Assembly (NCBI GenBank): GCA_965250005.1
Contig: OZ252279.1
Span: 960,001 to 992,000 of the forward strand
DNA from: Demequinaceae bacterium
GTDB lineage: Bacteria > Actinomycetota > Actinomycetes > Actinomycetales > Demequinaceae
DNA: 32,000 nt
Direction of reading: 5' to 3'
The position numbers were made by a program, and so were the translations under genes. Under the pieces are notes generated by a model. It was not told the origin of the DNA. It ran no database searches and saw only the letters and a program-made list of their open reading frames with translations. This document shows positions 17,892 to 25,183 of this stretch, piece by piece (position 1 is the first letter of the stretch; each line of letters opens with the position of its first letter).

Positions 17892-20800
17892 ATGAAAGTG
17901 AGCGGCCTGGACGTGTCCACTGAGACCCCCGCGCCAGACCCTGCCCGCACGTCGATTTCCCGCGCCGACGACGCCCCCTCCGTGGCGTCGCTCGTGAGCG
18001 GCGGTCGCCGTCCCGCAGTTGACGACGGCTCCTCCTCAAAGCAGCCGCCGTTGGCCGCGAGCGCCTCCGCCGCAGTGCCGGTCACCGCTGTACCAGCGGC
18101 CGCAGTGCCGCCTGTGACTCCGCCCGCCGTGTCAGCTCAGCCGATCCCCGCGGCCGCCCCAGTTCTACCGGAGGTTGCTAACGAAGACGCCTCGGACCGC
18201 GATGCGGACCCAGGCGCGCCGCAGGTCGCCCCCGAGGCCACGCCGGACACCACCCCCGAGCAACCCGTACCGGTAGACGAGGCCATCGCCGCATCGTCCG
18301 CTGCGCTCACGCAGCCGATCGCCTGGGCCGAGCCTGCGACGGCACGCTACCTCCAGGACCCGTCGGACTCGACGCGCGATATCCCAGGAATCTCCGACGG
18401 GACGCAGCGCCTCCGCGGCGCTTCGGCGCGCACTGCAGCGAATATGGAACGCAGCCTTGAGGTCCCCACCGCGACCTCGGTGCGGTCGATCCCGGCAAAA
18501 TTGTTGATGGACAACCGGGTCGTGATCAACAACCACCTCGATCGGACCCGCGGCGGAAAAGTCTCGTTCACCCACTTGATCGGCTACGCGATCATCGAAG
18601 CGCTCGTCGAGTCCCCCGCGATGAATTCTTCATACACCGAGGACGACGGCAAGCCCGCGCACTTCACGCCACCGCACGTGAACTTCGGTCTCGCGATTGA
18701 CTTGGCGAAAGATGACGGGACTCGCAACCTGCTCGTCCCCAACATCAAGGGCGTCGACTCGATGGAGTTCGCGCCATTCTGGAACTCGTACGACGAGGTT
18801 GTGCGGCGCGCGCGGTCCGGGGCGCTCCAGGCCGACGACTTCGCGAACACCACCATCACGCTGACCAACCCGGGCACAATCGGAACGGTTCACTCTATTC
18901 CGCGACTGATGTCTGGTCAGGGCGCAATCGTGGGCGTGGGCGCGATGGACTACCCAGCGGAATATCAGGGCGCGGCCGCAGACACCATCGCCCAACTCGG
19001 CGTATCCAAGGTCCTCACGCTGACCTCGACGTACGACCACCGAGTGATTCAGGGCGCGCAATCAGGCGAATTCCTGGCGCTCGTCCATAGGAAGCTGCTG
19101 GGAGGCGACGGGTTCTTCGATCGAGTCTTCCGCTCCCTTGGCGTCCCGTACGAGCCTGTGCGCTGGGTTCAGGACTCGGGCGTGACCCCGGAGGGCGAGG
19201 CCGCCAAGCCCGCGCTGATCGCAGAGATGATTCATTCCTACCGCTCACGCGGCCACCTCATGGCTGACGTTGACCCGCTCAGCTTGCGGCCGCGGCGCCA
19301 CCCAGACCTCGACATTCAGACGCACGGGCTCAATCTTTGGGACCTGGACCGCGTCTACCCGACCCGTAGCCTCACTGGCGCCAACCGCCAAAAAATGCGC
19401 GACGTTCTCGGACGGCTCCGAAACGCCTACTGCCGCACCATGGGCGTGGAGTACATGCACATCGCGGACCGCGGACAGCGCGCGTGGATGCAGCAAAGAC
19501 TGGAGGCGGACTACCGGACACCTTCACGCGACGAGCACCTGCACATACTGCGTCGGCTCAACTCTGCTGAAGCATTCGAGTCATTCCTTCAGACAAAGTA
19601 CGTGGGCCAGAAGCGCTTCTCCCTTGAGGGAGGCGAATCGCTGATCCCGCTGCTCGATGCTGTGATGTCGAGCGCAGCAATCGCTGGTATCGACGAGGTC
19701 TGTATCGGCATGGCACACCGCGGACGCCTGAACGTTCTCGCCAACCTCGCGGGCAAGTCCTACGCACAGATTTTCAGTGAATTTGACGGCACCACAGACC
19801 CGCGGTCCGTCCAGGGCTCGGGTGACGTGAAGTACCACCTCGGCACCGACGGCGTGTTCACGGCGGAATCGGGGGAGACCACCAAGGTGTACCTCGCCGC
19901 CAACCCTTCGCACCTCGAAGCCGTCAACCCGGTCCTCGAGGGAATTGTCCGCGCAAAGCTCGACACGCTCGGCGCTGATGTCAGCGCTGGCGAGGCGCCC
20001 GTGCTGCCGATTCTTATCCACGGCGACGCGGCGTTCTCGGGTCAGGGCGTTGTCATGGAGACGCTCAACATGGCCGCGCTGCGCGGGTACCGCACTGGCG
20101 GAACCGTGCACGTCATCATCAACAACCAGGTGGGCTTCACCACGACGCCAGAGGCCTCCCGCTCGACGCGTTACTGCACGGACATCGCCAAGGGCTTTCA
20201 GATTCCGATTCTCCACGTCAACGGTGACGACCCGGAGGCATGCGTCAGGGCCGCTCGCCTGGCGTTCGCGTACCGCGAAAAATTTGGCCGCGACGTCATC
20301 ATCGACATGGTCTGCTACCGCCGCCGCGGGCATAACGAGGGCGACGACCCATCGATGACCCAGCCGCGCATGTACGACCTCATTGAGGCCAAGCGGTCCG
20401 TGCGCCACCTGTTTACCGAATCGCTGATCCGGCGCGGAAACATCACCGAAGAAGAGGCCGAGTCGGTATCCAAGGACTATCTCACCCAGCTCGAGCGTGT
20501 CTTCATCGAGACGCGTGAGGGTTATGTGCCCCAGAGTGCGACCGAGGCTGTGGCGGGACTTGAGTTGCCTTCGTCGCAGACAAGTGACGCTGGGGTCATG
20601 GTGGGCTGGAAGACAGCCGCCGACCCGGAGATGCTTGCGCGCGTGGGCCGCGCGCACACTCGACCTCCCTCCGGCTTCACCGTGCACTCCAAGCTCGAAA
20701 AGCTTCTGACCAAGCGCGACAGTATGACCCGCGACGGTGGGATCGACTGGGGATACGGCGAGGTGCTCGCGTTCGGCACGCTCCTCCAAGAGGGCGTGCC

Positions 20801-21758
20801 CGTGCGGCTCGCCGGACAAGACTCGCGCCGAGGAACGTTTGTCCAGCGCCATGCGCTCTTCCATGACCGCGCCAAGGGAACCGAGTGGACTCCCCTGCTG
20901 TATCTCACCAAAGATCAGGCGCGCTTCCAGGTGATCGATTCGCCCCTGAACGAATTTGCAGCGCTCGGCTATGAGTACGGCTACAGCGTTGAGCGCCCCG
21001 ACGCGCTCGTGCTGTGGGAGGCGCAGTTCGGAGACTTCGTCAACGGCGCGCAGACAATCATCGACGAATTCGTTTCTTCCGCAGAACAGAAGTGGGCGCA
21101 GTCCTCGTCCGTGGTCTTGCTGCTTCCGCACGGCTACGAAGGCCAAGGGCCGGACCACTCGTCAGCGCGAGTCGAAAGGTTTCTGCAGCTGTGCGCAGAA
21201 GAGAACCTGATCGCCGCGATGCCGTCAACCCCCGCGTCCTACTTCCACCTGTTGCGCCGCCAGGCGTACGATCGCCCGCGGCGCCCACTCGTAGTGTTTA
21301 CACCCAAGTCGATGTTGCGGCTTCGCCCCGCCGTATCGGAAGTAGCGGACTTCACGTCCGGAACGTTTGAGCCGGTGATCCGCGACACCGTTGTTGATCC
21401 CGCCGCGGTGACACGCGTGCTTCTTTGCGCCGGAAAGGTCTACTACGATTTGGCCGCCGAACGCGAAAAGTCCGGGAACACTACGACAGCAATCGTCAGG
21501 CTCGAGCAGTTGTACCCGCTCGCAGCCGATTCGTTGCGCGCCATCCTCGAGCCCTACGCGACTGCCGAGGTGCGCTGGGTGCAAGAGGAGCCCGAAAACC
21601 AGGGCGCTTGGGGCTACGTCAACCGCCTGATGCCCTCCGCGATTTCGCGCCCGATCACGGTTACCTCCAGGCCCGCCTCTGCCGCGACTGCACCCGGCGC
21701 GAGCAGCCGGCACCCCGCTGAGCAGTCCGCGCTTGTCCAGGAGGCATTCGCGCGATGA
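17892..21758 (+). CDS. kgd: Multifunctional 2-oxoglutarate dehydrogenase/decarboxylase E1 fused to an E2-type succinyltransferase domain (Kgd/OdhA type)
   Basis: 1288 aa. The acyltransferase core carries ...TSTYDHRVIQGAQSGEFL. The E1/ThDP part carries RFSLEGGESLIP, GMAHRGRLNVL, GDVKYHLG, HGDAAFSGQGVV, YRRRGHNEGDDPSMTQP and LLLPHGYEGQGPDHSSAR. A long Pro/Ala-rich N-terminal linker is present and there is no lipoyl domain. Confidence 0.93.
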   Translation: MKVSGLDVSTETPAPDPARTSISRADDAPSVASLVSGGRRPAVDDGSSSKQPPLAASASAAVPVTAVPAAAVPPVTPPAVSAQPIPAAAPVLPEVANEDASDRDADPGAPQVAPEATPDTTPEQPVPVDEAIAASSAALTQPIAWAEPATARYLQDPSDSTRDIPGISDGTQRLRGASARTAANMERSLEVPTATSVRSIPAKLLMDNRVVINNHLDRTRGGKVSFTHLIGYAIIEALVESPAMNSSYTEDDGKPAHFTPPHVNFGLAIDLAKDDGTRNLLVPNIKGVDSMEFAPFWNSYDEVVRRARSGALQADDFANTTITLTNPGTIGTVHSIPRLMSGQGAIVGVGAMDYPAEYQGAAADTIAQLGVSKVLTLTSTYDHRVIQGAQSGEFLALVHRKLLGGDGFFDRVFRSLGVPYEPVRWVQDSGVTPEGEAAKPALIAEMIHSYRSRGHLMADVDPLSLRPRRHPDLDIQTHGLNLWDLDRVYPTRSLTGANRQKMRDVLGRLRNAYCRTMGVEYMHIADRGQRAWMQQRLEADYRTPSRDEHLHILRRLNSAEAFESFLQTKYVGQKRFSLEGGESLIPLLDAVMSSAAIAGIDEVCIGMAHRGRLNVLANLAGKSYAQIFSEFDGTTDPRSVQGSGDVKYHLGTDGVFTAESGETTKVYLAANPSHLEAVNPVLEGIVRAKLDTLGADVSAGEAPVLPILIHGDAAFSGQGVVMETLNMAALRGYRTGGTVHVIINNQVGFTTTPEASRSTRYCTDIAKGFQIPILHVNGDDPEACVRAARLAFAYREKFGRDVIIDMVCYRRRGHNEGDDPSMTQPRMYDLIEAKRSVRHLFTESLIRRGNITEEEAESVSKDYLTQLERVFIETREGYVPQSATEAVAGLELPSSQTSDAGVMVGWKTAADPEMLARVGRAHTRPPSGFTVHSKLEKLLTKRDSMTRDGGIDWGYGEVLAFGTLLQEGVPVRLAGQDSRRGTFVQRHALFHDRAKGTEWTPLLYLTKDQARFQVIDSPLNEFAALGYEYGYSVERPDALVLWEAQFGDFVNGAQTIIDEFVSSAEQKWAQSSSVVLLLPHGYEGQGPDHSSARVERFLQLCAEENLIAAMPSTPASYFHLLRRQAYDRPRRPLVVFTPKSMLRLRPAVSEVADFTSGTFEPVIRDTVVDPAAVTRVLLCAGKVYYDLAAEREKSGNTTTAIVRLEQLYPLAADSLRAILEPYATAEVRWVQEEPENQGAWGYVNRLMPSAISRPITVTSRPASAATAPGASSRHPAEQSALVQEAFAR

Positions 21759-22339
21759 ACATATTCTTCATGGGTGACGAACTAGTCGGAGGCAAAGGCG
21801 ACCCGAAGGCGCTGGGCTGGACCGGTCGTGTCGCGGCGCGCACACTGACCGACGGCGAGAGCATCACTTTCCATTCACTGTCCGTACCCCTCGAAACCAC
21901 GAGCGAGATGTCCGGACGCTGGCAAGACGAGGTACTCCGCCGCGTGAAAACACGCGAACCCAGCGTGGTCGTTTTTGCCATCGGACACCATGATGTTCGC
22001 CGCAACATTTCGACCACGATGACTCGGCTCAACCTCGCAACGGCTATCGACCAGAACACGGGAATGGGCTTCAAAACTATGATCGTCGGCCCGCCGCCAG
22101 GGCTGAAGGCGGAGAACCAGGCGATCAGCGAACTCGCGGCGGTCTGTGCGGATAGCGCGGATCGACGCAGCATCCCCTACGTAGACACTTACGGGCCGCT
22201 CGTCGCACACGACCAATGGCTCACGGACATGGCAACGAGTTCAGACGGGCTTCCGGGTCAGGCCGGGTACGGACTGATGGCGTGGCTAGTGCTGCACTCG
22301 CAATGGCGCGAGTGGCTAGAACTGCCGCCCATCGACTGA
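21755..22339 (+). CDS. SGNH/GDSL-hydrolase-fold protein, catalytic residues apparently lost
   Basis: 194 aa with an ATGA overlap onto the kgd stop. Block I reads FMGDELVGGKGDP..LGWTGRV (GDE where GDS is expected). Block III reads IGHHD (where GxND is expected). Block V reads SDGLPGQAGYGLMA (no His where DGxHP is expected). Confidence 0.65.
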   Translation: MNIFFMGDELVGGKGDPKALGWTGRVAARTLTDGESITFHSLSVPLETTSEMSGRWQDEVLRRVKTREPSVVVFAIGHHDVRRNISTTMTRLNLATAIDQNTGMGFKTMIVGPPPGLKAENQAISELAAVCADSADRRSIPYVDTYGPLVAHDQWLTDMATSSDGLPGQAGYGLMAWLVLHSQWREWLELPPID

Positions 22340-22357
22340 GAGCTCAACACGAGGCTG

Positions 22358-23446
22358 CTAGGCGACTACGCCCGCGTTCTTGAGCGACACTGCGAGGTCG
22401 TGCGGCTTTGAGGCAATGGCCACTGCGTCCTCGTACGAGATGGTCTCTTGCTGAACCAACTGGAACAGGTGCTGGTCAAACGTCTGCATCTGGTAGTACT
22501 CGCCTTCAGCAATGAGGTCGAGGATGGGCGGTTGACTCGAAGGATCAACGATCGCTTCTGCCGTGCGGCCAGTATTGACCATGATCTCTGCGACCAGGGT
22601 CCGCCCCGTGCCGTCAGCCCTGCGCACCAGACGCTGCGAGACGATGCCGCGCAGCGTCTGCGCGAGCGTGGCTCGGATCTGGCCCTGCTCGTGCGGGGTG
22701 AAGAAGTCCACAATTCGGTTGACCGAGTCCTGCGCGTCGATGGTGTGCAGCGTCGACAGCACAAGGTGGCCCGTCTCGGCGGCGGACAGTGCGGCGCGCA
22801 CCGTCTCTGCGTCACGCATCTCACCGACCATGATGACGTCGGGGTCCTGGCGCATCGCCCCGCGTAGCGCGTTGTGAAAGTCAAGGGTGTCGGATCGAAT
22901 CTCGCGCTGCGAGATGATCGACTTCTTGTCGGTGTGCAACACCTCGATCGGGTCCTCGATCGTGATGATGTTCACCTCGCGGTGCTCGTTTATGAGGTCA
23001 ACCATCGACGCGAGCGTGGTGGTCTTTCCGGAACCCGTCGGCCCGGTCACCAGCACCAGCCCGCGTGGTTCAAGCCCGAGCGCCCCTACGACCTCGGGCA
23101 AACCGAGCTCGGACATCGACTGCGCGCCTATCGCCACCTGGCGGAATACCAGGCAGTCGGTGCCGCGCGCCACATACGCGTTGACACGGAAGCGTCCCAC
23201 GCCGGACAGTGAGAAGGCGAAGTCCGCTTCATGCGTTTCACGGAATTGTGCAACCTGGTCCTCCGGCAACACTTGCGCAACCATGTTGCGCGTGTCTTCG
23301 ACGCGAAGCGGCGGGACCTGCAGTTTGCGCAGTCGGCCGTCCACCCTGATGCGAGGAGCATTGCCCACCTTGCAGTGCAGGTCCGAGCCCCCGGTGCTCG
23401 CCAGAGCGTGCAAGAACGGAATGACTGAAACGGGCTGATCGCTCAC
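22358..23446 (-). CDS. pilT: PilT-family type IV pilus retraction-type ATPase
   Basis: 362 aa with a GTG start (SD GGAGGG 3 nt upstream). Motifs: GGSDLHCKVGNAPRIRVDG, Walker A VTGPTGSGKTTT, Asp box IITIEDPIE, Walker B DPDVIMVGEMRD, His box TGHLVLSTLHT. Confidence 0.88.
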   Translation of the reverse strand: MSDQPVSVIPFLHALASTGGSDLHCKVGNAPRIRVDGRLRKLQVPPLRVEDTRNMVAQVLPEDQVAQFRETHEADFAFSLSGVGRFRVNAYVARGTDCLVFRQVAIGAQSMSELGLPEVVGALGLEPRGLVLVTGPTGSGKTTTLASMVDLINEHREVNIITIEDPIEVLHTDKKSIISQREIRSDTLDFHNALRGAMRQDPDVIMVGEMRDAETVRAALSAAETGHLVLSTLHTIDAQDSVNRIVDFFTPHEQGQIRATLAQTLRGIVSQRLVRRADGTGRTLVAEIMVNTGRTAEAIVDPSSQPPILDLIAEGEYYQMQTFDQHLFQLVQQETISYEDAVAIASKPHDLAVSLKNAGVVA

Positions 23447-23547
23447 TTACCCTCCATCGGCATATCAAAGGTCCTACTTGAGGCTAACGGGTCGCTGGAG
23501 ATGTGGAAAGATGATGCACTGGCTTATTCGTCACACAAGGAGACAAT

Positions 23548-23622
23548 ATGAGCAAGCGTGGACGCAAGCGTAGGTCCCGGGCAAAGAAGGGCGCGAACCA
23601 CGGCAAGCGCCCCAACACCTGA
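23548..23622 (+). CDS. 24-aa basic micro-protein resembling actinobacterial ribosomal protein bL37
   Basis: MSKRGRKRRSRAKKGANHGKRPNT, with SD AAGGAGA 4 nt upstream and followed by a canonical intrinsic terminator. The ...ANHGKRPN C-terminus matches my recollection of the bL37 peptide seen in mycobacterial ribosome structures. It is too short for the ORF track. Confidence 0.7.
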   Translation: MSKRGRKRRSRAKKGANHGKRPNT

Positions 23623-23641
23623 GAAGCAGTCCTGACCAAGG

Positions 23642-23676
23642 GCCGCATCGGCGACTAGCCGGTGCGGCTTTTTATT
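23642..23676 (+). terminator. Rho-independent terminator of the bL37-like gene
   Basis: 10-bp stem gccgcatcgg/ccggtgcggc (one G-U pair) with a 7-nt loop, followed by TTTTTATT. Confidence 0.8.
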
Positions 23677-23691
23677 GCCCCGACGCCCCTG

Positions 23692-23934
23692 CTAGCCCGC
23701 TGCGCGGGCTTCGGCAATGGTCTCCAAGATCTTGGCACGCAGCTCTGCTGGTGCGGTCTCTTGCGCGGTCGCGCCAACCAGCGCCTTGATCTTGACGTTG
23801 ACCCTGAGCTCCGCAGTGCACGGTGGGCAGTCGTTGAGGTGCTCGCCGATGCGGCTCAGGTCATCGTCCGGCAGTTCGTGGTCGATGTACTCGTAAAGGC
23901 GGTCGAGGGCCTCGTCACAGTTCTTACCGGACAT
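23692..23934 (-). CDS. rshA: Zinc-binding anti-sigma factor (ZAS family; RshA/RsrA-type)
   Basis: 80 aa ([22 protein letters not shown]...). ZAS motif H-x3-C-x2-C in EHLNDCPPC, plus an N-terminal Cys (KNC). The start overlaps the 3' end of the sigma gene by 11 nt. Confidence 0.85.
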   Translation of the reverse strand: MSGKNCDEALDRLYEYIDHELPDDDLSRIGEHLNDCPPCTAELRVNVKIKALVGATAQETAPAELRAKILETIAEARAAG

Positions 23935-24550
23935 CGCCGTCACCGCCCTTCTGCTTCGCTGCAGGCCGTTTGTCGCGAATGCCGCGCTCCGCGGCGTAAC
24001 CCGCAAGAAGCTCACGCAGCATCTTGCGACCACGGTGAAGGCGCGACATGACCGTGCCCACCGGAGTTTCCATGATCTCTGCAATTTCCTTGTACGCAAA
24101 CCCCTCGATGTCGCTCAAGAAAACCGCCTGGCGGAATTCCTCGGGCAACTCCGCGAGCGCGTTCTTAATATCGACGTCTCCCAGCAGATCGAGCGCGCTG
24201 TCCTCGGCTGATACAAGACCCGCGGACGTGTGCCCCGCGGCCCGGGAAATCTGCCAATCCTCAACCGTGTCCGCGTCGGAGCGCTGGGGCTCACGTTGCT
24301 TCTTGCGATACGTGTTGATGAAGGCATTGGTCTGGATGCGGTACAGCCACGCCTTGAGGTTGGTGCCAGGAGTGAACTTGTCTTGAGCCGCGAAAGCCTT
24401 CGCGTACGTCTCTTGAACCAGGTCCTCGGCGTCAGCGGGGTTGCGCGTCATCCGCATTGCGGCGGCGTAGAGGCGGTCCATGTATTGCAGCGCTTCGGGT
24501 TCGAAGTCGAACGTGGAGACCTCGAATGCGGTGGGTTTCATATCAGTCAT
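23924..24550 (-). CDS. sigH: ECF sigma factor, SigH/SigR type
   Basis: 208 aa from the ATG at 24550 (MTDMKPTAF...). Region 2 is [14 protein letters not shown]...[16 protein letters not shown]. Region 4 is [44 protein letters not shown]. It is followed by a ZAS anti-sigma gene and lies near aroA-rsgA, as in Mycobacterium and Corynebacterium. The in-frame ORF extends upstream to 24694 (see findings). Confidence 0.88.
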   Translation of the reverse strand: MTDMKPTAFEVSTFDFEPEALQYMDRLYAAAMRMTRNPADAEDLVQETYAKAFAAQDKFTPGTNLKAWLYRIQTNAFINTYRKKQREPQRSDADTVEDWQISRAAGHTSAGLVSAEDSALDLLGDVDIKNALAELPEEFRQAVFLSDIEGFAYKEIAEIMETPVGTVMSRLHRGRKMLRELLAGYAAERGIRDKRPAAKQKGGDGDVR

Positions 24551-24642
24551 CGATACCGAGCCTAGCGGCGTATGTGGGGTGCGCGTATTCTTTCGCGGTA
24601 TGCGAATAACGCGCGTATCCAGGGCGAGGGCCATGGGATATG

Positions 24643-24668
24643 AACGACGCAGGCCGGCGCGGCATTCC
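24643..24668 (-). promoter_or_regulatory. SigH/SigR-type promoter (GGAAT-N18-GTT) upstream of sigH
   Basis: The minus strand reads GGGAAT-gccgcgccggcctgcgtc-GTT (plus strand: AAC at 24643-24645, ATTCC at 24664-24668, exactly 18 nt between them). It was the only exact GGAAT-N18-GTT match on either strand in a by-eye scan of the window. It lies 93 nt upstream of the sigH ATG. Confidence 0.7.
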
Positions 24669-24763
24669 CGTGGCTGCGCCGACGGCATGAACACAGCGCC
24701 AGCGGGGCGTCGGCGCTTCCGATGGTGCGCCCATCATTGGTAGGTTTGTCCACAGGAGGCGAT

Positions 24764-25183
24764 ATGTTCCTACGCGCTATTGCAAGGCCACTACTCGCGA
24801 CGTGGTTCATCTACGGCGGAGTGCAATCCATTCTTGACCCCGACCGTCGCGCCGAGCGCTCGGCGCCCCTGATCGAACCCGTGCTTGAAGAATCGGGGCT
24901 CGACATCGACATGCGCACGTTCGTGCAGACGCACGGCGCGCTCTCAGTGCTCGCTGGCGTCACGCTCGCCTTCTCAAAGACCCCGCGAACTTCCGCGCTG
25001 TCTCTCGCGGGCCTTGCAACCATCACCGCCGTCGCCGGCCGCCCATTCTGGATCGAGGAGGACGCCGAAGAGCGCAGTGCCAGTCGCGAGGCGTTCGTGA
25101 AGAACGTGTCCCTCCTGGGCGGCGCGCTCATTGCGGCGACCGCTGGCAACCGGCCAAAAAAGCGCAAGAAGCGCAAGCGGTGA
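24764..25183 (+). CDS. DoxX-family membrane protein
   Basis: 139 aa from the ATG at 24764 (SD AGGAGG 4 nt upstream). Starts MFLRAIARPLLATWFIYGGVQSILDP, has several hydrophobic helices, and ends in the polybasic tail RPKKRKKRKR. GTGA overlap with the aroA start. Confidence 0.7.
   Translation: MFLRAIARPLLATWFIYGGVQSILDPDRRAERSAPLIEPVLEESGLDIDMRTFVQTHGALSVLAGVTLAFSKTPRTSALSLAGLATITAVAGRPFWIEEDAEERSASREAFVKNVSLLGGALIAATAGNRPKKRKKRKR

Noticed and set aside
17853-17895. Upstream of kgd, in-frame '...IASTFQSKCAM' and out-of-frame 'IVEELH' faintly resemble the OdhA/Kgd N-terminal 'SASTFGQNAWLVDEM' segment
   Set aside because: The matches are 4-6 residues long and involve non-conserved positions. 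They are separated by stops and different frames, so coincidence is most likely.
18060-18125. A repeated gccgcagtgccg unit and other short repeats in the kgd 5' region
   Set aside because: This is imperfect low-complexity coding sequence for the Ala/Pro/Val-rich linker, not a tandem-repeat locus or a CRISPR array.
19581-21158. 525-aa minus-strand ORF inside kgd
   Set aside because: It lies antisense to a strongly supported 1288-aa Kgd/OdhA gene. Its composition is low-complexity and Arg/Val/His-rich with no recognisable domain, a typical stop-poor antisense frame in GC-rich DNA.
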